Of a DNA stretch of 32,000 nt, positions 19,467-26,972 are shown one piece after another. The stretch spans positions 2,220,001-2,252,000 of the forward strand of contig CAWJMG010000003.1 of the NCBI GenBank assembly GCA_963843975.1, in the 5' to 3' direction. Made by a program: the position numbers and the translations under genes. The notes under the pieces are model-generated. The model was not told the origin of the DNA and did not search any database. It saw only the letters and a list, made by a program, of their open reading frames with translations. Position 1 is the stretch's first letter, and each line of letters begins with the position of its first letter. Origin of the DNA: an uncultured Actinomycetes bacterium. Lineage in GTDB: Bacteria > Actinomycetota > Actinomycetes > S36-B12 > CAIYMF01.

Positions 19467-20775
19467 GTGTCCACCGCACCCGTCGCCGTACCGGCCACGC
19501 CGGCCACCGTGCGCACCGTGGTGCTGCCCGACGAGATCGCCGCGCGACCGCTGCTCTCGCTGCTGCCCCGGGGCCTCGCGCCGACGTCGTGGGTGACCAC
19601 CGACGCGGCCGGTGAGGACGAGGGGCTCGTCGGCTGGGGCGAGGCCGCCCGCGGGGAGTTCACCGGCGCCGAGCGCTTCTCCCGCGCGCAGCGCTGGTGG
19701 TCCGCCTGGGTCGCCGACGCCGACGTGCAGGACGCCGTGCACCTCCCCGGCTCCGGCCCGGTGGCGTTCGCGTCGTTCGCGTTCGACGCGACGCCCGGGT
19801 CGTCCGTGGTCGTCGTACCGCGCGTGGTCGTGGGCCGGCGCGACGGCGTCACCTGGCTGACCGTGGTCGCGGCGAGCGCGCGCGAGGCGCGGCACGCGGT
19901 GGCCGAGACGGTCGCGGCGCTGTCGCACCCCACCGCAGTGCCCGAGGCTCCGCGCGGCGTCGCCTACTCCGAGGGCACGCTCTCGGTGCCCGACTGGCAG
20001 TCCGCGGTCACCGAGGCCGTGCGCCGCATCGACGACGGCGAGCTCGACAAGGTGGTGCTCGCGCGCGACGTCGTCGTCACCACCGACGGACCGGTCGACC
20101 CGCGCCACCTGCTCACCCGCCTGGCCTCGCGCTACCCCTCGTGCTGGGCGTTCTCGGTCGACGGCCTGCTCGGCGCGACGCCGGAGATGCTGGTCCGCCG
20201 TATCGGCGACACCGTCACCTCGCGGGTGCTCGCCGGCACGATGCGGCGGTCCTCGGACGCGACCAACGACGCCTCGCTCGCCTCGGCGCTCCTCGACTCG
20301 GCCAAGGACCACGCGGAGCACGAGTACGCCGTGAAGTCCGTGGCTCTCGCGCTCGCCGCGCACTGCACCGACCTCGACGTGCCGGAGACGCCGCGGCTGC
20401 TGCGCCTCGCGAACGTGCAGCACCTCGCGACCGACGTGCGCGGCGTGCTGGCCGACGGCGCACCGGCGCTCGCGCTGGCGGCGTCCCTGCACCCCACAGC
20501 CGCGGTGTGCGGCACCCCGACCGAGCGCGCGTTCGCCGTGATACGCGAGCCTCGAGGGCATGGACCGCGGCCGCTACGCCGGGCCGGTCGGCTGGATCGA
20601 CTCGCGCGGCGACGGCGAGTTCGGCATCGCGCTGCGGTGCGCCGCGATCGAGGCCGAGGACCGCCTGCGGCTGTTCGCGGGCTGCGGCCTGGTGTCGGGC
20701 AGCGAGGCCGACGCCGAGCTGGCCGAGTCCCAGGCCAAGCTCGTAGCGATGCGCGACGCCCTAGAAACCACCTGA
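19467..20775 (+). pseudogene. menF: Isochorismate synthase (menaquinone-specific), interrupted by a single extra base (frameshift) as written
   Basis: The first 361 codons (GTG 19467 to 20549) include LHPTAAVCGTPTERAFAVIRE. The last 71 codons (from ATG 20560: MDRGRYAGPVGWIDSRGDGEFGIALRCA...) are in the next frame. The sequence GAG CCT CGA GGG CAT GGA should read GAG CTC GAG GGC ATG GAC. The span is 1309 nt, which is 3n+1. Confidence 0.85.
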
Positions 20776-21042
20776 CTCGCTGGTTCTTCCCTTAGGGAAG
20801 ATCCGTGCAGTTGAGCTGCACGAACCACGCCCAGATCCGTGATCTTGGTCGGTGCCGCCGGTGTCGGACGGCGGTGGGCCCGCGTTCTCGGCGTACGGCG
20901 AGCCAGGAGCGGATCACGTTCGGACGAGTCGGAGCCGCTGCACCAAGATCACGACTTCGGGCGGGATCGGTGCAGTTGAACTGCCGTTTACGCCCCTAAG
21001 GGAAGAAGAGTGCAGTCGGGCTAGGGGGTTTCTAGGTCGTCG
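20754..21042. repeat. Large imperfect inverted repeat (palindromic element, MITE-like or structured RNA) filling the menF/menD convergent gap and overlapping both 3' ends
   Basis: Collinear complementary blocks pair as follows: 20760-20769 CCTAGAAACC with 21027-21036; 20784-20797 TTCTTCCCTTAGGG with 20994-21007; 20807-20821 with 20970-20984 (13 of 15); and 20838-20849 CGTGATCTTGGT with 20942-20953. The central ~90 nt is non-symmetric. The region is visibly less GC-rich than its flanks. Confidence 0.75.
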
Positions 21043-22877
21043 AGGTCGACGAGGGCTGCGCTGACGTCGGTCTGGAGGTCGCGCAGGAGCTGGGCCTCGG
21101 CGCCGCGCTCGCCGACCTTCGCGATCACGACGCGCACGCCGCCGGCCGCCGTCGCCTCCTCGATCGCCGACACGAGCGCCGTCACATCGGTCACGGTGAT
21201 CACGTGGTCGACCGCGACCGCCGCGGCCACCTTCTCGAGGTCGAGCCCGAGCGGCGTGCCGAACACCCGCTCGAAGTACGGCGTCCCTGCCTGCTCGAGC
21301 TGGCCGAAGATCCCGCCGCCGTCGTTGTCGACGACGACGATCACGAGGTCGGGCCGCGGCTCGTCGTCGCCGACGAGCAGGCCGTTGTGGTCGTGCAGGA
21401 ACGCGAGGTCGCCGACGAGGGCGTACGCCGTCCCGCCGGTCGCCGTCACGACCTCCGCCACGCCGTCCTCGTCGATGTGGATCGCCGTCCGCGGCGTCTG
21501 GTGCGCGAGCGCCGCACCCCATGCCGTGGCGAGCAGCCCGTCGATGCCGGACGCTCCGCGGTTGCCGATCACGAGCGGCGCCTCGTCGGCGTCGCGCACC
21601 CGAGCGAACGACTCGAGGTGCCGGACCGGCCAGGAGGACGCCGCCAGCAGCAGGGCCGAGGAGTCGAGGACATCCCAGAGGGTGCGCGCGACGTCGGGGC
21701 CGGTCAGCGTCGAGCCCTCGTCGAGCCGCTTGGTGATCGCGGTGTCCGCGCGGACGTCGGCCGCGAGCCACGCGTCGAGCCAGGAGTCGTCGTACAGCTC
21801 GAACGCCGTCGGCGGCTCCGGCACGACCGACACGAACATCGTCGCGTTGCGCGTCGGGTCGGGTCGGTACGCCGCTGCGCGGTCGTCGGCCACGATCACC
21901 ATCGGTGCGTCACGGATCATCGCGAGCACCGACCGCGACAGACCGGGACGGCCGACGCACACGACGAGCTCGGGCGCGTGCTCCTCGGCGAAGTGCGCGT
22001 CGGCGAGCAGCAGCGCACCGTGCGCCACCGTCGAGTCGCCCACGCGGGCGTTGCCGCTCGGCTCCCCGATGAGGGGCCAGCCGCAGGCCTCGGCGAGGGC
22101 GACGGCGGAGTCGCTCGCCTCCATGTCGTTGAGGTCGCCGACCACCACGACGCCGCGCGCGGGCACGACGTGGTCGGGGTCGGCGTCCGGACCCGCGAAC
22201 AGCGCGAGGATCTCGTCGATCGGCTGCGCAGCGGCCATGCCGAGCCGCGCGTCGATGGCGACCGGGAGACGCTCCTCGGGCGAGGAGTCTGCGTCGGCGA
22301 GGGCCAGCGGCTCGATCCACGTGTCGTCGCCGTCCGGGACCAGCGGCTCGCGGAAAGCCACGTTGAGGTGCACCGGGCCCGACGAGCCCACCTCGGTCGC
22401 GACGGAGATCGCGCGCGCGACGACCGAGCGCCAGTAGCGCACCTGGCCGACCCGCGGCTCGGCCACGGCCACCTCGTGCGCCCAGCGGACGGTGGTGCCG
22501 AAGATCTTCACCTGGTCGATCGTCTGGTGGGCCCCGGTGTCGCGGAGCTCGGCCGGGCGGTCGGCGCTCACCACGATCACCGGCACCCCCGCGAAGGACG
22601 CCTCCACCAGTGCGGGCAGCAGGTTGGCGACGGCGGTGCCGCTCGTCGTCACGATCGCGACGGGCTCCTTGGCGACCTTCGCCAGCCCGACCGCCAGGAA
22701 GCCCGCGCTGCGCTCGTCGACGCGCACGTGGAGGCGCAGGTCGTCGCGCTCGTCGGCCTCGGCCAGGGCGATGGCGAGGGCCGCGCTGCGGCTGCCCGGC
22801 GCGAGCACGACCTCGGTCACGCCGCCGGCGACCAGCTCGTCGACCAGAACGCGCGCCATCGCGGTGCTCGGGTTCAT
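21021..22877 (-). CDS. menD: 2-succinyl-5-enolpyruvyl-6-hydroxy-3-cyclohexene-1-carboxylate (SEPHCHC) synthase
   Basis: 618-aa ThDP enzyme (MARVLVDELVAGGVTEVVLAPGSRSAAL..., GDLAFLHDHNGL, VVVDNDGGGIF). ATG 22877 overlaps the menC stop (ATGA). Confidence 0.92.
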   Translation of the reverse strand: MNPSTAMARVLVDELVAGGVTEVVLAPGSRSAALAIALAEADERDDLRLHVRVDERSAGFLAVGLAKVAKEPVAIVTTSGTAVANLLPALVEASFAGVPVIVVSADRPAELRDTGAHQTIDQVKIFGTTVRWAHEVAVAEPRVGQVRYWRSVVARAISVATEVGSSGPVHLNVAFREPLVPDGDDTWIEPLALADADSSPEERLPVAIDARLGMAAAQPIDEILALFAGPDADPDHVVPARGVVVVGDLNDMEASDSAVALAEACGWPLIGEPSGNARVGDSTVAHGALLLADAHFAEEHAPELVVCVGRPGLSRSVLAMIRDAPMVIVADDRAAAYRPDPTRNATMFVSVVPEPPTAFELYDDSWLDAWLAADVRADTAITKRLDEGSTLTGPDVARTLWDVLDSSALLLAASSWPVRHLESFARVRDADEAPLVIGNRGASGIDGLLATAWGAALAHQTPRTAIHIDEDGVAEVVTATGGTAYALVGDLAFLHDHNGLLVGDDEPRPDLVIVVVDNDGGGIFGQLEQAGTPYFERVFGTPLGLDLEKVAAAVAVDHVITVTDVTALVSAIEEATAAGGVRVVIAKVGERGAEAQLLRDLQTDVSAALVDLDDLETP

Positions 22878-23893
22878 GCGGCGCCTCCGTCAGCGTCGTC
22901 GATCAGGGTCAGGCACCGCTGGAGCCTGTCGCTCCACCAGCGGGCGCGGTCGTCGCCGAGCCGCGCAGCCGCCGTGGCCAGCAGGGCGGGATCGGGCATC
23001 GGGCGCACGACCGACAGTCTGCCGTCCTCGGGCAGCAGCGTGCGCACGACGAGGTCGGCAGCGAGCAGCCGGCCGGTGCCGAGGCCGCACGCATGGGCGA
23101 GCTCGGGCAGCGCGCCCGCGAGCGCCAGCCCGGCGGCGAGCCCCACGCTCGAGTCCAGCGACCCGCTCACGGTCACCGGTCGGCCGATGCGCGCCGCGAG
23201 GTCGAGGGCACGGCGTACGCCGCCGAGCGGGATCGCCTTGAGGATCACGACGTCGGCCGCGTCGCGCACCGCGTCGAGGGCGGAGTCGTCGAGGTCGCCC
23301 GCGAGGCGCACGCCCTCGTCGACGGCGACCGGCACGGCGATCCGGGTGCGCAGCTCGGCGAGCTCGGCGAGGCTCGCGCACGGCTGCTCGGCGTACTCGA
23401 GACCGAGGGCGACGTCGGCAAGCACGTCGAGCCGGTCGGCGGCCTGGTCGACGGTCCACGCGCCGTTGACGTCGACACGGATGAGCCCCTCGGCCGCCCC
23501 GCAGTCGTCGAGCACAGCGCGCACCGCGGCCACGCGCGCGACGTCGTCTGCGAAGTCCTGCCCGGGCTCCCCGACCTTGACCTTGATGGTCGTGCAGCCG
23601 TCGAGCTGCACGGCGTCGAGCACGAGCTCCTCGACCTCGGCCGGGCCGAGCGCGGGCACGATCGCGTTGACGGGCACCGAGCCGCGGACCGCCGCCGGCC
23701 AGCTGCCGCGAGCCTGCTCCAGCGCCGCCCGCAGCCACCGCGCGGCCGTGGCGTCGTCGTACTCCGGGAACGGCGCCCACTCGCCCCAGCCCTCGCCGAC
23801 GCGCAGCAGCACGCCCTCGCGCATCGTCGTGCCGCGGAAGCGGCGGGAGAGCGGCAGAGCGAAGGGGACGGCCTCGACGACGGACATGGTCAT
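22874..23893 (-). CDS. menC: o-succinylbenzoate synthase (enolase superfamily)
   Basis: About 339 aa with IKVKVG, RVDVNGAW, EYAEQP and VAVDEG metal-ligand and catalytic blocks. I prefer the start at ATG 23893 (MTMSVVEAVPFALPL). ATG 23887 and the track start at 23917 are alternatives. Confidence 0.88.
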   Translation of the reverse strand: MTMSVVEAVPFALPLSRRFRGTTMREGVLLRVGEGWGEWAPFPEYDDATAARWLRAALEQARGSWPAAVRGSVPVNAIVPALGPAEVEELVLDAVQLDGCTTIKVKVGEPGQDFADDVARVAAVRAVLDDCGAAEGLIRVDVNGAWTVDQAADRLDVLADVALGLEYAEQPCASLAELAELRTRIAVPVAVDEGVRLAGDLDDSALDAVRDAADVVILKAIPLGGVRRALDLAARIGRPVTVSGSLDSSVGLAAGLALAGALPELAHACGLGTGRLLAADLVVRTLLPEDGRLSVVRPMPDPALLATAAARLGDDRARWWSDRLQRCLTLIDDADGGAA

Positions 23894-24045
23894 CCGAGGC
23901 CGCTCAGGATCCCGCACCAGATCGACTTCGCGCGGCGCGCGGCAGAGCCCAGCCGGTCGCCGGCGGTCGGACCGGTGGCGACCTCGATGGCCGTGCCCTC
24001 GGCGGCGTCATCGGTCGGCGGGACGGGCTGCGCCTCGGCGGCCAT
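23890..24045 (-). CDS. Candidate small ORF (51 aa) translationally coupled to menC; function unknown
   Basis: ATG 24045 is preceded by GGAGGA with 5-nt spacing, and 47 of 51 codons end in G or C. The stop overlaps the menC ATG (ATGA). Translation: MAAEAQPVPPTDDAAEGTAIEVATGPTAGDRLGSAARRAKSIWCGILSGLG. Caveat: this is the third-position-sharing shadow frame of the open plus frame that leads into menE. Confidence 0.3.
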   Translation of the reverse strand: MAAEAQPVPPTDDAAEGTAIEVATGPTAGDRLGSAARRAKSIWCGILSGLG

Positions 24046-24145
24046 GCGCGTCCTCCGTCCTCGGCGTACGCCGTCGCAGCTCGGAGAGCCCGACGGTGCC
24101 GGCAGCCGCAGGTGGGCCGCCTGCATCAACCCTAGGCTGGCGGGC

Positions 24146-25321
24146 GTGAGCAGGCAGCGCGGACTGAGGCGCGTCGACGTCGCGCCCGGACGCGCGGGCG
24201 TCGAGGCGCTGCTCGACCTGCTGCCCGACGCACTCGCGGGCGACGGCCCCGCCCTGGCGATCGCGCCCGCGGGCGACGACCCCGCCGCCCGCCGCGCGCA
24301 GGTCGCCGTGCTGCCCGACCCTGCCACCCTCGTCGACGTCGACGTCGCGGTCGTGCTGGCCACGAGCGGCTCGACCGGCGCGCCGCGCGGCGTGCTCCTG
24401 ACGGCGGCGTCGCTGCTCGCTTCGGCCGAGGCCGCGCTCACCACCCTCGTCGGTGGCGCGGCGGCATGGAGCCTCGCCCTCCCCGTGACCTCGGTCGGCG
24501 GCCTGCAGGTGCTGATGCGCTCGCTGATGAGCTCGACCGAGCCCGAGGTGCTGCCGTCGGTCGGCGGTGCGTCGCGCTTCACGGCTGCGGAGTTCGCCTC
24601 CGCCACCTGGAGGCTCGACCCGTCGCTGCCCGGCTGCACCTCGATAGTCCCCGTGCAGGCCGCGATCCTGCTCGACGACCCCGAGGGCCTCGCCGCGCTG
24701 CAGGCGTACGACGCCGTGCTGCTCGGCGGCGCCCGCACTCCCCCGGCGATGCTGCGGCGGCTCCTCGACTCGCATGTCGTCGCGGTGCCGACGTACGGCA
24801 TGACCGAGACGAGCGGAGGGCTCGCTTACGGCGGAGTGCCACTGCCCGGGGCGACGGCACGGATCGCCGACGCCGGCCCCGACGGAGTCGGCCGAGTCGA
24901 GGTCGGCGGCCCGATGGTCGCGCGCGGCTACCTCGGCGACGACGCTGCCACCGCCGAGGCGTTCGTCGACGGCTGGCACCGCACCCTCGACCTCGGCCGC
25001 ATCGTCGACGGCAGGCTCGAGTTGCTGGGCCGCGTCGACGACGTCGTTCAGGTCGGCGGCGTCAACGTCGCCGTGACCGCCGTCGAGGACGCGATCGCGC
25101 CGCACGTCGCCGGCGTCGTCGTCCTCGCCGACCCCGACGACGACTGGGGCTCGCGGCTCACCGCGTACGTCGCCGGCGCCACGTCGCACGAGTCGCTCGC
25201 GGCCGAGGTGCTCGCCGTGCTCGGCAAGCCAGCCGTGCCGCGGCGGTGGGTGGACGTCGATGCCGTGCCGCTGCTGCCGAACGGGAAGCCCGACCGCGAG
25301 GCGCTCCGCGGGATCGGCTGA
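24146..25321 (+). CDS. menE: o-succinylbenzoate--CoA ligase
   Basis: Adenylate-forming enzyme motifs are present (LATSGSTGAPRGV, YGMTETSGG, LPNGKPDR). I chose the GTG 24146 start (VSRQRGLRRVDVAPGRAGVEALLDLL) because it gives the usual N-terminus. The frame is open much further upstream as an antisense shadow. Confidence 0.85.
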   Translation: MSRQRGLRRVDVAPGRAGVEALLDLLPDALAGDGPALAIAPAGDDPAARRAQVAVLPDPATLVDVDVAVVLATSGSTGAPRGVLLTAASLLASAEAALTTLVGGAAAWSLALPVTSVGGLQVLMRSLMSSTEPEVLPSVGGASRFTAAEFASATWRLDPSLPGCTSIVPVQAAILLDDPEGLAALQAYDAVLLGGARTPPAMLRRLLDSHVVAVPTYGMTETSGGLAYGGVPLPGATARIADAGPDGVGRVEVGGPMVARGYLGDDAATAEAFVDGWHRTLDLGRIVDGRLELLGRVDDVVQVGGVNVAVTAVEDAIAPHVAGVVVLADPDDDWGSRLTAYVAGATSHESLAAEVLAVLGKPAVPRRWVDVDAVPLLPNGKPDREALRGIG

Positions 25322-25475
25322 CCTCGGCCGTCCGGCCCACGTCGTGCACGGTTCGGCTGATCGGGCGCGTCGGCGCGAGACTCCGGTGCCCGCCACCCGG
25401 TAGCGTCCGTGCCGATCCGGGCAGGGCGTGCGACAGGGGGTCGGCGCACCGGATCGTGTCCGGGGGTGTTCTGCC

Positions 25476-25877
25476 GTGATCCGCGTGCTGCCGTACTTCG
25501 TCGAGATCGCGCTGCTCGTCTTCTGCCTGGTCGACTGCATCCAGACGCCGCCGCACCTGGTCCGCAACCTCGAGAAGGGGTGGTGGATCGTGCTCATTAT
25601 CATCCTGCCGCTCATCGGCGGCATCGCCTGGCTCGTGGCCGGGCGACCCGTGCGCAGCGCGGCGTCGGGCTCGCAGTGGCGGATCGGCTCGGGCTTCCCC
25701 GCGGACGAGCGCCCGGGTACGTCGTTCAAGCGCAACGAGGACGACCCGGCCTTCATGGCCGAGATGGCCCGCATCGACCGCGAGCACGAGGAGTCGCTCC
25801 GGAAGTGGGAGGCCAAGCTCAGGGCCCAGGAGGCCGAGCAGAAGCGCAAGGAGTCCGGCGGCTCCGCCGAGGCCTGA
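25476..25877 (+). CDS. PLD nuclease N-terminal domain (PLDc_N)-type small membrane protein, paralog A
   Basis: 133 aa from GTG 25476, with two TM helices (VLPYFVEIALLVFCLVDCI ... WWIVLIIILPLIGGIAWLVAGRP). These are followed by a DDPAF motif and a charged coiled-coil-like tail. Confidence 0.75.
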   Translation: MIRVLPYFVEIALLVFCLVDCIQTPPHLVRNLEKGWWIVLIIILPLIGGIAWLVAGRPVRSAASGSQWRIGSGFPADERPGTSFKRNEDDPAFMAEMARIDREHEESLRKWEAKLRAQEAEQKRKESGGSAEA

Positions 25878-25915
25878 CGCGCCGAGCCGCCCGGCACCTG
25901 AGAGGATCTCGCCTC

Positions 25916-26965
25916 GTGGCGACTTCTGGGCAGTGGTGGCAGGGGGCGCGCCCCCGCACCCTTCCCGCGGCGCTCGCGCCGGTGCTCGTCGGCACCGCGG
26001 TCGCGTGGTGGCAGCTCGCCGACGCCATCCGGCTCTCCGACGACGCCCGCGGGGTTCTTGCGAGCCTCGGCGCAGCGTCCGCCGCGAGTCCGGACGGTCT
26101 CTCGCTCGTCACGGTCACGAACCTCGACCTCGCCGTGGACCCGTCGCTCGTCACTCTGCTCGGCACGACTGCCGTGACCACGTGGGGCCAGTTCGCGCTG
26201 CGCGCGCTGCTCGCGCTCGTCGTCGCGCTGGCGCTGCAGATCGGCGTCAACTACGCCAACGACTACAGCGACGGCATCCGCGGCACCGACGACGCCCGGG
26301 TCGGCCCGGTGCGCCTCGTCGGACAGGGCCTCGCCTCGCCGCGGTCGGTGAAGCTGGCGGCGTTCGCGATGTTCGGCGTCGCCGCGCTCAGCGGCCTCGC
26401 GCTCGTGCTTCTCACGCAGGCGTGGTGGCTGCTGCTGGTCGGCGCCGCCGCGATCGTGGCGGCCTGGTTCTACACAGGCGGCCCGAGCCCCTACGGCTAC
26501 GCCGGGCTCGGGGAGGTCTTCGTCTTCGTGTTCTTCGGCCTCGTCGCCGTCGTCGGGACGACGTACGTGCAGACCCTGTCGATCTCATGGCTCGCGGTCG
26601 CGGGCGGCGTCGCGTGCGGGTCGCTGTCGGTCGGCATCTTGCTCGCGAACAACCTGCGCGACATCCCCACGGACACCGTGAGCGGCAAGCGCACCCTGGC
26701 GGTGCGCCTCGGCGACGCGCGCACGCGGTCGGCGTACAACGCCTCGCTCGCTCTCCCCTTCGGTATCGCCCTCGGCCTCGCGCCGACGGTGACGTGGTGG
26801 GCGCTGCTGGCGCTGGCTGCGCTGCCGCTCGCTCTCGGCCCCGCGCGCATCGTGCGAGGCGGCGCGCTCGGCCGCGACCTCGTGCCCGTGCTCGCCGGCA
26901 CCGGCAAGCTCCTCCTGGGCTACGCCGTCCTGCTCTCGGCGGCCCTCGTCATCGCCTCGTTCTGA
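25916..26965 (+). CDS. menA: 1,4-dihydroxy-2-naphthoate polyprenyltransferase
   Basis: UbiA-family membrane protein with WWQGARPRTLP and NYANDYSDGIRGTDD motifs. GTG 25916 is preceded by GAGAGGA. At 349 aa it is longer than usual because of an extra segment after TM1. Confidence 0.9.
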   Translation: MATSGQWWQGARPRTLPAALAPVLVGTAVAWWQLADAIRLSDDARGVLASLGAASAASPDGLSLVTVTNLDLAVDPSLVTLLGTTAVTTWGQFALRALLALVVALALQIGVNYANDYSDGIRGTDDARVGPVRLVGQGLASPRSVKLAAFAMFGVAALSGLALVLLTQAWWLLLVGAAAIVAAWFYTGGPSPYGYAGLGEVFVFVFFGLVAVVGTTYVQTLSISWLAVAGGVACGSLSVGILLANNLRDIPTDTVSGKRTLAVRLGDARTRSAYNASLALPFGIALGLAPTVTWWALLALAALPLALGPARIVRGGALGRDLVPVLAGTGKLLLGYAVLLSAALVIASF

Positions 26966-26972
26966 CCGCAGG

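Noticed and set aside
13161-20556. All three frameshift sites can be explained as an insertion inside a GAGCTC hexamer (GAGCTGC, GAGCCTC, GAGCCTC), suggesting motif-specific sequencing error such as a methylated site
   Set aside because: GAG-CTC (Glu-Leu) is very common in this coding DNA. Several unmodified GAGCTC sites occur in intact genes in the window (for example near 1125, 4326, 9580 and 9642), and GAGCTGC occurs in frame near 1156. The shared context is most simply coincidence. It would need a genome-wide test.
20805-21064. Small ORFs inside the menF/menD palindromic element (64 aa at 20805-20999 and 70 aa at 20852-21064)
   Set aside because: They have no Shine-Dalgarno sequence and Arg/Cys/Ser-rich, low-complexity translations. 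Their existence follows from the hairpin symmetry, and one runs antisense into menD. There is no support for coding.
24044-24145. Alternative upstream ATG start for menE at 24044 (or 23988), which would add 34-53 residues
   Set aside because: The added sequence (MRVLRPRRTPSQLGEPDGAGSRRWAACINPRLAG...) is Arg/Pro/Cys-rich and unlike MenE N-termini. The conserved alignment begins right after GTG 24146. The extension would also overlap the menC promoter side and the candidate small ORF.
21204-25321. Very long plus-strand ORFs (981 aa and 903 aa) across menD and menC, and similar 400-900-aa ORFs antisense to nuo, menF and menE (for example 2434-3723, 5573-7078, 8741-10246, 10243-12990, 13027-14751, 14717-16180, 16240-17484, 19029-20561, 24008-25897)
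   Set aside because: These are classic high-GC shadow ORFs. Stop codons are rare on the antisense strand, and the translations are dominated by Arg, Gly, Asp, His and Ala with no motifs. Each lies opposite a gene with unmistakable family signatures. Only the 3' part of 22610-25321 (from 24146) is real, as menE.
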